Origin: Squalus acanthias
Taxonomy: Eukaryota
Assembly (NCBI GenBank): GCA_030390025.1
Contig: CM059433.1
Span: 27,592,001-27,656,000 of the forward strand
DNA length: 64,000 bases
Direction of reading: 5' to 3'
Position numbers and translations under genes: made by a program. The first letter of the stretch is position 1, and every line of letters begins with the position of its first letter. Positions 51,832-64,000 of this stretch are shown here, piece after piece. A model generated the notes under the pieces. The model saw only the letters and a program-made list of their open reading frames with translations. It was not told the origin of the DNA and searched no databases.

Positions 51832-51941
51832 GAAGAGGATGAGGAAAGGAGAAGTGAAGAGAAGAGGATGAGGAAAGGAGAAGTGAAGAGAAGAGGATGA
51901 GGAAAGGAGAAGTGAAGAGAAGAGGATGAGGAAAGGAGAAG
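51832..51941. repeat. 29-bp purine-rich tandem repeat, about 3.8 copies
   Basis: Unit gaagaggatgaggaaaggagaagtgaaga. Confidence 0.9.
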
Positions 51942-52589
51942 CAGAGGATGGCTAGAGTGAGGAATGGAGAAGCGGAGGAGTAGAGAATGTTTTGAACATT
52001 CAGTCTACTATGCTCTGACTTGCAAAATCTGGGAAAATCTACCTTTTCATGGCAGTTGTCCCAACACTCATACACCAAAGCAAAATCCTTTTACACCTAG
52101 GTTTTGTGTAATCATATAACCCATAAACGTAAGTACACGTGAATGTGTGTGAAAAATATGAATGCATGCATTTAAACATTGTGTTTATTCAGACACATGT
52201 CAATGAATCTCAGTGCAAAAATGAGTAAGAAAAAGAATCCTGAACAAAGTCAATGACATCACACAATCACATGATTACCCAGCACCGAACGAACTTGCAA
52301 AACCTGCCAGCAATATAAAATTTCAGTTGTAGCAATTTAATTCTGCAGCACCTTCGCCTTTAAGTTGGAGGTGCTGCTTTTCATTTGATCTTTTTTAAAC
52401 AATGCACTGGTTGTTTCTAGCCAGGGATGCATCACTGCATGCCCCAGTCATGCACTTCACATAATAATCTGATGTAATATGTCACATACATACACTAGAC
52501 TTTATGTAAACATGCCTACAGAGAGAGAGGAATGATTGCAAAAGTATAACCAATGCAAAGAGACCGGGAATACTGTGAAATACAGCGAA

Positions 52590-52955
52590 GCCATTCAATT
52601 CCAACTCGAGCAGTTTGAGGATTTGAATTCAGTTTTTAAAAATCAGTAAATAAAATGCTGGCATCAGTAAAGGTGACCATGAAGCTGTTGGACTGTCGTT
52701 AAAAACCCAACTGGTTCACAAACGTCCTTCAGGGAAGGAAACCTGCTGTCCTTACCATGTCTGGTCTACATGAGACTCCAGTCCCACACCAATGTAGTTG
52801 AATCTTAACTGCCCTCTGAAGTGAAGCCAACTAGGTTGAAGCAAACTGCTACCAGCGGTTCAAGAAGAAAGCTCACCACCACTTTCTCAGGGCAGTCAAT
52901 GCTGACCTTGCCAGTGACCCCCACATCCTGAGAATGAATAAGGAATAAATAAAAT
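52590..52955 (+). mobile_element. SINE sharing its body with the LINE 5' UTR and its tail with the same LINE 3' end
   Basis: aaaacccaactggttcac...cttaactgccctctgaa joined to cagcggttcaagaag...cccacatcctgagaatgaataa. Confidence 0.8.
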
Positions 52956-53704
52956 AAGCTGATGTAGCGTGAAGTATCATTTCATATATCCGGGCTACTT
53001 ATAATTTCCTAATCTCCTTCAAAACCACAAATTAGTTGTTATCCTTCACAAATACAACAACAGAAGCAATTCCTTTTATTCCATGCTATTCCTTTTCTAC
53101 TATATAAAAAAATGAAACCTTAGTCATACAATAATATGAACTGTAATTTTTTTAATATTCTGTTTCCATCAGAATTTGGAAAGATGAAAACCCATCAATT
53201 TTTTGCTGGTATAAGCATGACAGCCACCTTCTGGTGTTATTTTTAACATCGCATTTATTTTGTCAGAAGACATTAAATTTTACTGACACTGTCTGGCTTT
53301 ATGTTTGCTTCCTGCAAAAGCGCACATTTTTAATAAACTGAAATAATGAAGGCTGCAGGATAACAATATCGTACTTTTTGCCCATGTTTTCTACACCTCA
53401 GGTGGAAGAAATCCAGGAACTAATAAAATATTTGAAGCAAATTAAAGGGAACCTGAGAGGCCAACAGAGGTGGGAGACGGGGATACAGTATTTGTACCGT
53501 GCAGTAAAATACTGCAACAATTTCTCTACTAACAAGCAGCAGATTTTGCCAATCCATTTCTTAATTGACTGTCCCGAGAGTATTGACTTATTCCTCAGGT
53601 GCCAGCTGCTCTACAGTACCTTGCCCAAGTGCCCATTTTACCTGGCTGATTTTTTTCCCCTTCCTTGGTCTAAGAATACTGAGGCCACCTCCAGCACCCC
53701 AAAT

Positions 53705-53950
53705 TATAGAATCATACAGCACAGAAAGAGGCCATTCGGCCCTTCGCACTTGTGCTGGCTCTTTGAAAGAGCGATCCAATTAGTTCCACTCCTCTGATAT
53801 TTCCCCCGTAGCCCTACAAAAAATTCCTTTTCAAGTATACATCCAATTCCCTTTTGAAGGTTACGATTGAATCAGCTTCCACCGCCCTTTCAGACAGTGC
53901 ATTCCAGATCACAACAACTCGCTGCATAAAAAACATTTCTTCTCATCTCC
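53705..53950 (-). mobile_element. CR1 3' tail
   Basis: atagaatcatacagcacagaaagaggccattcggccc... Confidence 0.82.
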
Positions 53951-55601
53951 CCTCTTTTGCTAGCTTGTCACTTCTACTAGCCCAGCCAAGATCAGGACTC
54001 AGACTGACCAGGGATTTAATCTGGAGATTTACTGACCCATATAATTCAGATGTAATTATTACTACAGTGCTTTCATGTAAGAAAATGTCCTGAAGCACTT
54101 TAAAGGATGGTTGTGGAACGCAAATGGGAGAAACGTTAGGGAAGTTGACCAGAGATATGGGCAAAGGCTAGGTTTTCAGGAGGTTCTTGAAAGTGGGGAA
54201 AGAGGTAGCAAGGCAGAGGAAATTAAGAAAAGGATTGCAGAATGAAGAGTAGATCAGAGTTGAAACTGGATGCAGGGTTGGATCAAAGTCATGGAAGGAT
54301 TTTAAAACAAGGACCAGGACCACAACACTCAATGAATATATATTGGTCCATAATTACGCCCCGAGCATGTCATTCATTTCTATACAAATAATGGCAATTA
54401 TACCTTTTTAATTCTAGTTGTAGGTTTGGCTTGCCTTTGGCTGATTGAGATCAGACTGCAATAAGTCTGGTTCCCTTATCCCCACAGAGGAGACTTGTAG
54501 GAATATACAGAACTATAGGACTTCCTTCATGTGTGGTATTCTCTGAATAACTGAAAACAACAGACTTATAAATAAATACTCAAGACTCCACCATTGATTA
54601 AAGTCGCAAATAGCTGAACCATACAGATCTGAAACATCCCAGGTTTGTCTCCCAGTCTGTACTGATGGGGTGATGATAGAGATGATATAGCCTCAGCACC
54701 AGTGGATTAGGGATAGGCTTCGCTTGCTGAGAAAAATCCTCAGTTGGTGAGGTACGGGAGGGTGGCTGGTGCCTGTGCAACTGGACTTCCGCGAGGATTC
54801 GATGGACAGCTGGTTCCTCCGAGCTGCAGCCGCTCCGCTGATATAACTCAGCCAAAAGTGTGCTGGAAATCCCAAGAGTGTCTGGTGGAGTGACGTGAAG
54901 CAAATTGATGAAAAAGGGAGGATAAAATTATTTTTGTACCAAAAGATATCCTCTAAGTAGCAGATGGAATCTTAAAACAACCAATCTCAGAGATATAACG
55001 AGTGATGGGGCTGGTGAACTCCAACATCCTGTGACATAGAACAGCAGGGTAGAGGTTTGTGTCTGCAATTTCCCACACAGTGAAGTTCTGGTCTCAACCC
55101 TCCCATCATTTGGAGGGAGTTTAACACAGGGATTGACAGAAAATCAAACAGAAGTTGTTTGTGTACGTCTCTAAATAGCCAATTCCAGAGGCTGGGAGCA
55201 GCTTTCTGGCCTTTCCCTTGGTCAGGAATGTTGTGTGGTGCAGAGATTACGAGGAAGAAAAAAGCAGAAGAAAATCATTTTTTTTAATTTAAAGAAAATG
55301 CAACCAGATTAACATGAAGAAAACCTAAATAAAGCATTTTTTTCTGAAATCTGGAGGTGACTTCCATTGCTGTTTCTCAGAGTATTCTTTAAGTTGTGTG
55401 TTTATAATGAAACCTCTTTTGTGTTAAAAGAGGTCTACCAAACTGAGTCATAAAATGTCACCACTAGAGGGCATGAAGGTACTTCCTCACTTGTCAGTAG
55501 ATTCAATGAAATACACAACTTACCAAATTAAACACATTCTACTGCGATATTATTGTATTCAAATGTCAAACTTCCATTTTTATTTAATTAACTGTCCAAA
55601 T

Positions 55602-58600
55602 GGCCCGGAATTTGCTGCAACCGCGCTATTGGCGTTCTCCAGCCCCAATCCAAAGCCAAACTTTGTTGACCAACTCGTTATGATCGCCACAGCGATGATA
55701 GTGGCGATCCAAAGAGCTTTGAAGTGGAGCTACTGCTCAGAGAGGGCACAGGTCAGGTTCATACGGAGAAACACAGGGATCCTGTTGCTATTTATATTGG
55801 ACCATATGTTGCTGGAGTGGGATATCTCACGATGTGCCTCATTAGTTAAGACTTTTTCCCTCATCCTTCAGCTCAAAATTATTTTTGCGCCGCAAATTGC
55901 TGGAAGTGTGAGCTGATAACGGTATGATGAGGGCAGCAGGGCATCTGTGACCTTAGTGAATGATGGGACCAACAGTCTATCTCCTTAACCAATGAGATTT
56001 AAGGATTGAGAAAGAAACAGAGGAACGACAGAGAAGGATATTTTTTTTAATTCGTTTATGGGATGTGGGTGTCGCTGGCAAGACCAGCATTTATTGCCCA
56101 TCCCTAATTGCCTTGGAGACGTGGTGGTGAGCCGCCGTCTTGAACCGCTGCAGTCCGTGTGGTGAAGGTACTCCCACAGTGCTGTTAGGGAGGGTGTTCC
56201 AGGATTTTGACCCAGCGACAATGAAGGATTGGCGGTATATTTCTAAGTCAGGATGGTGTGTGACTTGGAGGGGAACTTGGAGGTGGTGGTGTTCCCATGC
56301 GCCTGCTGCCCTTGTCCTTCTAGGTGGAAGAGGTCGCGGGTTTGGGAGGTGCTGCCGAAGAAGCCTTGGTGAGTTGCTGCAGTGCATCTCTAGATGGTAC
56401 CCACTGCAGCCACGGTACGCCGGTGGTGGAGGGAGTGACTGTTTAAGGTGGTGGATGGGGTGCCAATCAAGCGGGCTGCTTTGTCCTGGATGGTGTCGAG
56501 CTTCTTGAGTGTTGTTGGAGCTGCACTCATTCAGGCAAGTGGAGAGTATTCCATCACACTCCTTACTTGTGCCTTGTAGATAGAGGAAAGGCTTTGGGGA
56601 GTCAGGAGGTGAGATCACTCGCCACAGAATACCTAGCCTCTGACCTGCTCTTGTTGCCACAGTATTTATGTGGCTGATCCAATTAAGTTTCTGGTCAATG
56701 GTGACCCCCAGGATGTTGATGGTGGGGGATTCGGCGATGGTAATGCCGTTGAATGTCAAGGGGCGGTGGTTAGACTCTCATTTGTTGGAGATAGTCATTG
56801 CCTGGCACTTGTGTAGCGCAAATGTTACCTGCCACTTATCAGCCCAAGCCTGAACGTTGTCCAGGTCTTGTTGCACGTGGGCATGGAATGCTTCATTATC
56901 TGAGGAGTTGTGAATGGCATTGAACACTGTGCAGTCATCAGCGAACATCCCCATTTCTGACCTTATGTTGGAGGGAAGGTCATTGATGAAGCAGCTGAAG
57001 ATGGTTGGGCCTAGGACACTACCCTAAGGAACTCCTGCAGTGATGTCCTGGGGCTGTGATGATTGACCTTCAACCACCACAACCATCTTCCTTTGTGCTA
57101 GGTATGACTCCAGCCAGCGGAGAGTTTTTACCCCGATTCCCATTGACTTCAGTTTTACTAGGGCTCCTTGATGCCACACTCGGTCAAATGCTGCCTTGAT
57201 TTCAAGGGCAGTCACTATCACCTCACCTCTGGAATTCAGCTGCTTTGTCCATGTTTGGACCAAGGCTGTAATGAGGTCGGGAGCTGATTGGTCTTGGCGG
57301 AACCCAAACTGGGCATAAGTGAGCAGGTTATTGGTGAGTAAGTGCCGTTTGATAGCACTGTCGATGACACCTTCCATCACTTTGCTGATGATTGAGAGTA
57401 GACTGATGGGGCGGTAATTGGCCAGATTGGATTTGTCCTGCTTTTTGTGGACATGACATACCTGGGCAGTTTTCCACATTGTCGGGTAGATGCCAGTGTT
57501 GTCGCTGTACTGGAACAGCTTGGCTAGAGGCGCGGCTAGTTCTGGAGTACAAGTCTACAGCATGACACCCGGGATGTTGTCGGGTCCCATAGCCTTTGCT
57601 GTATCCAGTGTGCTCAGCCGTTTCTTGATATCACGTGGAGTGAATCGAATTGGCTGAAGACTGGCTTCTGTGATGGTGGGGACCTCGGGAGTAGGCCAAT
57701 ATGAATCATCCACTCGGCACTTCTGGCTGAAGATGGTTGCAAACACTTCAGCCTTGTCTTTTGCACTCATGTGCTGGGCTCTGCCAAAATTGAGGATGGG
57801 GATATTCATGGAGCCTTTCCTCCCGTTAGTTGTTTAATGGTCCACCACTATTCACGACTGGATGTGGCAGGACTGCAGAGCTTTGATCTGATCCGTTGAT
57901 TGTGGGATCGCTTAGCCCTTTCTATAGCATGCTGTTTCTGCTTTTTAGCATGCATGTAGTCCTGTGTTGCAGCTTCCCCAGGTTGGCACCTCATTTTTAG
58001 GTATGCCTGGTGCTGCTCCTGGCATTCTCTTCTACACTCCTTATTGAACCAGGGTTGATCCCCTGGCTTGATGGTAATGGTAGAGTGAGAGATATGCCAG
58101 GCCATGAGGTTACAGATTGTGGTGGAATACAATTCTGCTGCTGATGGCCCACAGCGCCTCGTGGATGCCCAGTTATGAGCTTCTAGATCTGTTCTGAATC
58201 TATCCCATTTAGCACGGTGGTAGTGCCACACAACATGATGGAGGGTGTCCTCAGTGTGAAGGCGGGACTTCGCCTCCACAATGACTGTGTGGTGGTCACT
58301 GCTACCAATACTGTCATGGACAGATGCATCTGCGACAGGTAGATTGGTGAGGATGAGCTAAGTAGGTTTTTCCCTCGTGTTGGTTCTCTCACCACCTATT
58401 GCAGGCCCAGACTGGCAGTTATGTCCTTCAGGACTCGGCCAGCTCGGTCAGTAGTGGTGCTACCGAGCCACTCTTGCTGATGGACATTGAACTCCCCCAC
58501 GCAGAGTACATTCTGTGCCCTTGCTACTCTCAGTCCTTCTTCCAAGTGGTGTTCAACATGGAGGAGTACTGATTCATCAGCTGAGGGAGGGCGGTAGGTG

Positions 58601-59340
58601 GTAATCAGCAGGAGGTTTCCTTGCCCATGCTTGACCTGAAGCCATGAGACTTCATGGGGTCCGGAGTCAATGTTGAGGACTCCCAGGGCCACTCCTTCCC
58701 AACTGTACACCACTGTGCCGCCACCCCTGGTGGGTCTGTCCTGCCGGTGGGACAGGACATACCCAGGGATGGTGATGGAGGAGTCTGGGACATTGACTGA
58801 AAGGTATGATTCTGTGAATATGACTATGTCAGGCTGTTGCTTGACTAGTCTGTGGGACAGCTCTCCCAATTTTGGCACAAGTCCCCAGATGTTGGTGAGG
58901 AGGACTTTGCAGGTTCGACTGGGCTGGGTGTGCCATTGCCGTGTCCGTAGCCGGTGCCAAGGTCGATGCCGGGTGGTCCGTCCAGTTTTAATTCTTATTA
59001 TTGTGTTTTGTAGCTGAGTGTCTTGCTAGGCCATTTCAGAGGGCAGTTAAGAGTCAACAACATTGCTGTGGGTCTGGAGTCACATATAGGCCAGACTGGG
59101 TAAGGACGGCAGATTTCCTTCCCTAAAGGACATTAGTGAACCAAATGGGGTAAATTAGTGTCAAATCAGGTACAGAAAGAGAAATAGAGAGGGAGAGAAA
59201 GATTGGATTGAGAGGGAGTGGATTAAGGGAGCAAGAATAAAAGAGACAGAAAGGAAAAGTAAGAAAAACATTAAACATTTTACATTATGATCCTTACCAG
59301 GTTTCAGTGATGATTCTAGTGGAGCGGCACCAATGTGCCA
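55602..59340. mobile_element. Non-autonomous element, probably Harbinger-like (55602-56040 and about 59150-59340), split by a LINE
   Basis: Starts ggcccggaatttgc; a GA-rich internal segment flanks both sides of the LINE; right end not resolved. Confidence 0.45.
56041..59150 (-). mobile_element. Near full-length single-ORF Zenon/CR1-like LINE (APE endonuclease plus RT), several stops and frameshifts
   Basis: PKLGELSHRLVKQQPDIVIFTESYL...RQDRPTRGGG...TYRPP; RT NYRPISLLSIISKVME...KAAFDRVWH; no ORF1 seen; SINE-like 5' UTR at about 59010-59150. Confidence 0.92.
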
Positions 59341-59349
59341 GCAAATTGA

Positions 59350-59470
59350 CCAAGCTTTTGGTCGCCTGTCCTAATATCTCATTATGTGGCTTGGTGTCAA
59401 ATTTTGTTCAATGACGCTCCTATGAAACCCCTTGGGACGTTTTACTATGTTAAAGGTGCTATTGTTGTTG
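59350..59470 (+). mobile_element. L2 3' tail
   Basis: gaccaagcttttggtcgcctgtcctaatatctc...gttaaaggtgctattgttgttg. Confidence 0.8.
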
Positions 59471-60489
59471 ATATAACAGTGGCATTGTTCACTATCGCCA
59501 TCATTTCCTGGGGCTTTAATGGCGATAGTAATGGCATTGGCTGTTATTTCACCAATACTGTGATTCTACAGCCCAACAAATTCTGGGCCTCCAGTAAGTT
59601 TAGTTCTGTGTGTGTCCCTAATAGTGTTGGATCACAGCCCAAATATTTAATCTTGTTGATTCCTTTTGGCACTTAGGCATCAAAGGGAGGCCAAAGTTCC
59701 ATTTTCAGGCAAGACTAGCTTTGAAACATTTAAAACAAAACTAGGATTTATGACAAGCTTACAATCAACAATTTCCTGTTAAAGTTTGCTAATATGTTGA
59801 TTATCTCTTTTATAAAAAGGAACTGGATGAATATCTGGCTAAGTACTCAAATGAAGGATATAAAGATATAAGTATAGACCTAGATCATCAAAAACCATGT
59901 GGAAATGATAGGAATAATACCATGGCATTTTATAAGATTAAGAAATTTAGGTGAAGGCCCATGGTGTGGACATCATCAAGATTGAAAGTGAAGAGGTAAA
60001 ATAAATCATAAAGTAATGATTAGGTGACACCAGGATTGGATGTTTAAATCTGTAGATTGTAAGTGGAAGGAAAGATTTGAAGGGAGGTAAGAAGTGTCAC
60101 AATTTTGAGGTTTGGGGAAAGAATGATTCTGTCTTAGTATATTGCTGTTTCTGTGATCTCATTGTCCTTTCAATAAGCTCTACGACTGACCTTGAACCAA
60201 CTTTCTAATGACGATGGATGAATACTGCTGTAACCATTGTTCTCTCACAACAGATCATGTTGCTGCTTCCAGTGGTCTACAGTATTAAAGAAAGCTTGCA
60301 TTTATATAGCCTTTCATCCAAAAGTGCTTCACAGCCAATCAATTGTTTTCTACGTTTAGTCACTGTTGTAATGTAGGCATTAAACTTTACCCTTTGTCTA
60401 TTAGAAATAATTGAAAACCAATGGTGTCTTATTATGGATCACTTACTCTGAGCTACATGTTAAGGGAAATCCTTTACTTCATTATCTCA

Positions 60490-61045
60490 ACAACAATAGT
60501 GCCTTTAAAGTAGTAAAAACATCCCAAGGTGTTTCATAAGAGCGTTATCAGACAAAATTTGACACCGAGCCAGATAAGGAGATATTAGGACAGGTGACCA
60601 AAAGCTTGGTCAAAGAGGTAGGTTATAAGGAGCAACTTAAGGAGGAGAGAGAGGTAGAGAGGCGGAGAGGTTTAGGGAGGGAGTTCCAGAGCTGAAGGCA
60701 CAGCCGCTAATGGTGGAGGGATGAAAATCGGTAAAGCGCAAGAGGCCAGAATTGAAGGAGGGCAGAGATCTCAGTGGGTTGTAGGGCTGGAGGAGGTTAC
60801 AGAAATAGGAAAGGGCAAGGCCATGGAGGGATTTGAACACAAGGATGAGAATTTTTTAAATCGAGGCGTTGCCAGACCAGGAACCAATGTAGGTCAGCGT
60901 TGGTGATGGGTGAACGGGACTTGGTGTGAGTTAGGATACGGGCAGCAGAGTTTTGGATGAGCTCAAGTTTACAGAGGGTGAAAGGTAGGAGGCCAGCCAG
61001 GAGAGCATTGGAATATTTGTGCCTGGAGGTAACAAAGGCATGGAT
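60490..61045 (-). mobile_element. L2 LINE 3' end
   Basis: IHAFVTSR..YSNALLAGL...KLELIQNSAARILT...DLHW. Confidence 0.9.
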
Positions 61046-61258
61046 TTCATTTATCTCTAATTGTTTTGCACTATACAGACAGGCTGACAGAGGTGAGTGA
61101 GTCAACCATCCTTTCAGGCTCCACTTAATAAAAGATTCCATCAGAATCAAATTATTACTGTTAAATCTATTTAAAAGCATACTCATAAACTACATGCGCA
61201 AGAGGCAATATCCAAAGATCTAACCAAGCACCACCACTTTTATTAGTTCTGACCCATT

Positions 61259-61878
61259 GAGGTCAATTTTCGCCCCCTCGCCCAGTGAGAGGGGATTAAA
61301 ATCAGGCTGAGCTCATGTACCGACCTGAGCCCACACCGTTCCCGTCCATCGCCTTTTCCTCTTCGCTGACTTTGAAGTCAGCCGAGGCTCCCACCCAATT
61401 TCAATTTAAAAGTCGTGGCCCGATAATGTCATCGGTGCCACAATGTGATTCTCATGACAACTCAGGGGGAGGCTCGTCTGGTATCAAACCTGCACGAGAA
61501 ACCTGGCCGCGATGCAGCAGAGCGGTCAGAAGATGCCAAGCCAAGCTTTGGTCCAAACACTTGGGAGGCAGGAGGAGCAGGAAGAAATCCTCGGGCATCT
61601 CTTGCCCCGGTCCTCCCTCTCCTCCCCATAATGGCATTTGTTTGGGAAGATCCCCCCTCCACCCCCCCCCCAGCACTTAACTTACGCTGAGGCCCGTTCC
61701 CTTAGGCTTTCGCCCGCTGGCCTTGACTTCATTCCCGCCAGCTTCGAGCAGGACACCAATCCCAAATATTCAAATGTGACCCTTCAGTTACAATCAGCCA
61801 GGCCTCCACGTCCCCGGAGTCTCGCGTTCGCCACCCGCTTCAGGGCCCACGCGACCCATACCCATTAAAATCGGGGCC
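61259..61878. mobile_element. Harbinger-like MITE
   Basis: Right end ttaaaatcggggcc, degenerate left end gaggtcaatttt, internal caggaggagcagga motif. Confidence 0.55.
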
Positions 61879-62527
61879 AATGCCTCACAGAACAATTTAA
61901 ATTTTTGTAACCAAAGAAAATGAATCTACAGGTGACAATTCTATGACTGAACAGTTCCAATAATTATTGTAAACTCAGTTAACTAAACAATCGGAGTCAT
62001 GAGTCAATAATTGCCCTTCAGTTTTGAAATGTCTCTTTCTGGACAATTTCAAATTGGACTCTAAGACTTGTGCTTATATGGTAAGATTGTTTTAAAATGT
62101 TATAAATACCCAGTGAGAGTGTCTGTAATACAAAAGTTAGCTCACCACTGCTGCCAAAACATGAATCAGATGTGGTGTAAGTGTCTCAAGCAGGTTCCAT
62201 TTTTCCATTTTCTAATATATCTGCACAGTGCAATACCAAGCAATTGTAATGCTCATGGTAATTTAAATGATTGGAATACCATGCACTGGCAGGAAATAGA
62301 GACTTAGCTCATCGATGTTCACATGCCAAAATCGGACAGTTACATCAGTTTCAAGTATATATGATGGAAAAGTTTAAACTATCAAGGGAATAGGGTTATG
62401 ACATCAATTACAGAACACATAAATTCTAAAATCAGCTTTAACTCTTCCAAACAGAATAAAATAGTTTTCAGATAGAGATTATGTCACTTAAAATGTACTG
62501 GTTGCATGCACTGTAAATTTTACTTAC

Positions 62528-62561
62528 AGATTTCTTTAGAAATGTGGAGAGTCTGGGTCAT
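62528..62561 (-). other. Candidate 34-nt exon
   Basis: ttttttctgttttcaaAG|ATGACCCAGACTCTCCACATTTCTAAAGAAATCT|GTAAGT; one open frame MTQTLHISKEI. Confidence 0.35.
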
Positions 62562-62814
62562 CTTTGAAAACAGAAAAAACACTATAGGGCCAATTTGGGG
62601 ATATCCAACATTATTGGATTGATGAGCCTGCTATAATGGTGCTTTTATGGTCCAAGTACTGGTCTCAATACCTTTGGATTGAGATGCACAGCTTGAAGAC
62701 CCTAGTTATACTACCAGCTTCATAGCACACTCCACCTGGGGGTAAAAGGAGTGCTTTTCTTATATGCAAGCAGGCATGTGCTTTGCTCTATTCATCAGTT
62801 ACATTTTAATGCTG

Positions 62815-63260
62815 GGAAAGAAAGAACTTGTATTTACATAGCACCTTATTAAATCTTTCAGAAATGCACTTCGTGTACAATGAATTTTGAAGTTCAGTCA
62901 TCGTTGTCATGTGGGAGAATGTGGCAGGCATTTTGCACAGACCACAAACAGCAGTGAAATGAATGGCCAGTTAATCTATTTTATTTGGTGGTGTTGGTTG
63001 AGGAAGAAATCTTGCCCTGGGTGAGATCTCTGCTCCTAGTCAAATAGTCCATGGGAACTTTACCAGCCATTTGAACCGGCTGATGAGCCCTCGGTTTAAC
63101 GTCTTATCTGAAGGATACCACTTCCAACGATGCAGCACTCGCTGAACACTGCTCTGAAGAGTCAGCCTCGATTATGTGCTCAGCTCATGATGTGGAGCTT
63201 GAACAAAGAGCCTTCCGAGTTAGCGGCTTGAGTGCCACCAATGAACTCAAGTTGACACTA
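62815..63260 (-). mobile_element. Old full-length Deu-type SINE
   Basis: Degenerate reverse complement of the 11.7-kb SINE from tail to tgacac head. Confidence 0.82.
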
Positions 63261-63564
63261 GGAGAAGGTTGTTGGGAGTGTAGCCTCTGCTAACATTAAA
63301 ATTTAAGTTTAAAAAGCATTCCCAGGCAATACAATGAACTTCCTGTAAACTTCTTAAACTGGGAGTTGTGCTTGGCTGGAGTTGCACTAATTCCTGTACA
63401 AAGCTCGCGCGTTACAAGACTACCATCTCTTGCTTTTAATGCACTGGGGAGTCAGTTCACTGACCTACCACACTCATTATGCAGTGGTTTTGGTGTCTGA
63501 AGCCACATTGCACCAACACAAGAATGTTAGTATAATGACAACTATGATTTAGCTAACATCTTTA

Positions 63565-63733
63565 AGGTTCCTTCCTCCCCCTTTCCCTGCCTCTTTACTT
63601 ACTTAAAATCTGTTACATCTGTAACTTTTTCCAGTTCTGACGATAGGTCATCGACCTGAAACGTTAACTCTGTTTCTCTCTCCACAGATGCTGCCTGACC
63701 TGCTGAGTATTCCCAGCATTTTCTGTTATTATT
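63565..63733 (+). mobile_element. Solo Penelope pseudo-LTR remnant
   Basis: Aligns to 21990-22076 joined to 26346-26410. Confidence 0.88.
63633..63669 (+). ncRNA. Uninterrupted minimal type I hammerhead ribozyme
   Basis: AGTT-CTGACGA-T-AGGTC atc GACCT-GAAAC-GTT-AACT. Confidence 0.8.
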
Positions 63734-64000
63734 TAACATTTTTAAGGTGTTTAAAATGAACATTTACTGACTTGGTAAAGTTATTTTTTGAGGATCGAGC
63801 TTCAATGATTTCTCGTAAATGAAACCGCAAAAGAGGCAGGAAGCAGAAATTAAAATTGAAGATATCAATAGAACTCCCAAAGTGCTCTGCATTTCTTTCA
63901 TGCAGCTGTCAAGAGTTATTTGAAGCTGTGACTAATCTAGTAAAACACCATTACCAGAACAGGAAAAGTCCCTCTATATCCAAGGTCCTCTTCTTTGATC

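Overview
Repeat-dense vertebrate genomic DNA, most likely a cartilaginous fish, judging by CR1, L2, Deu-type SINE and Neptune-type Penelope content. I could not name any host protein-coding gene; there are only a possible CpG-island promoter near 43 kb and a few candidate micro-exons. The core is a nested transposon stack at about 15.9-29.1 kb. A decayed DIRS retrotransposon holds (i) a CR1, (ii) a 1.64-kb CpG-rich solo LTR with a 4-bp target-site duplication (TSD) and an open frame starting at its first base, and (iii) a second CR1. That CR1 holds a Penelope-like element (14-bp TSD), which in turn holds a near-intact 4.27-kb two-gene PIF/Harbinger transposon. The Harbinger sits exactly at, and duplicates, the predicted GUU cleavage triplet of the Penelope hammerhead ribozyme; an uninterrupted copy at 63.6 kb shows the empty site. 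The window also has a Zenon/CR1-like LINE whose 5' end is a tRNA-derived SINE, several Harbinger and Tc1/mariner MITEs, and three minisatellites. All calls were made by eye; family names come from motif recall and old-repeat boundaries are approximate.
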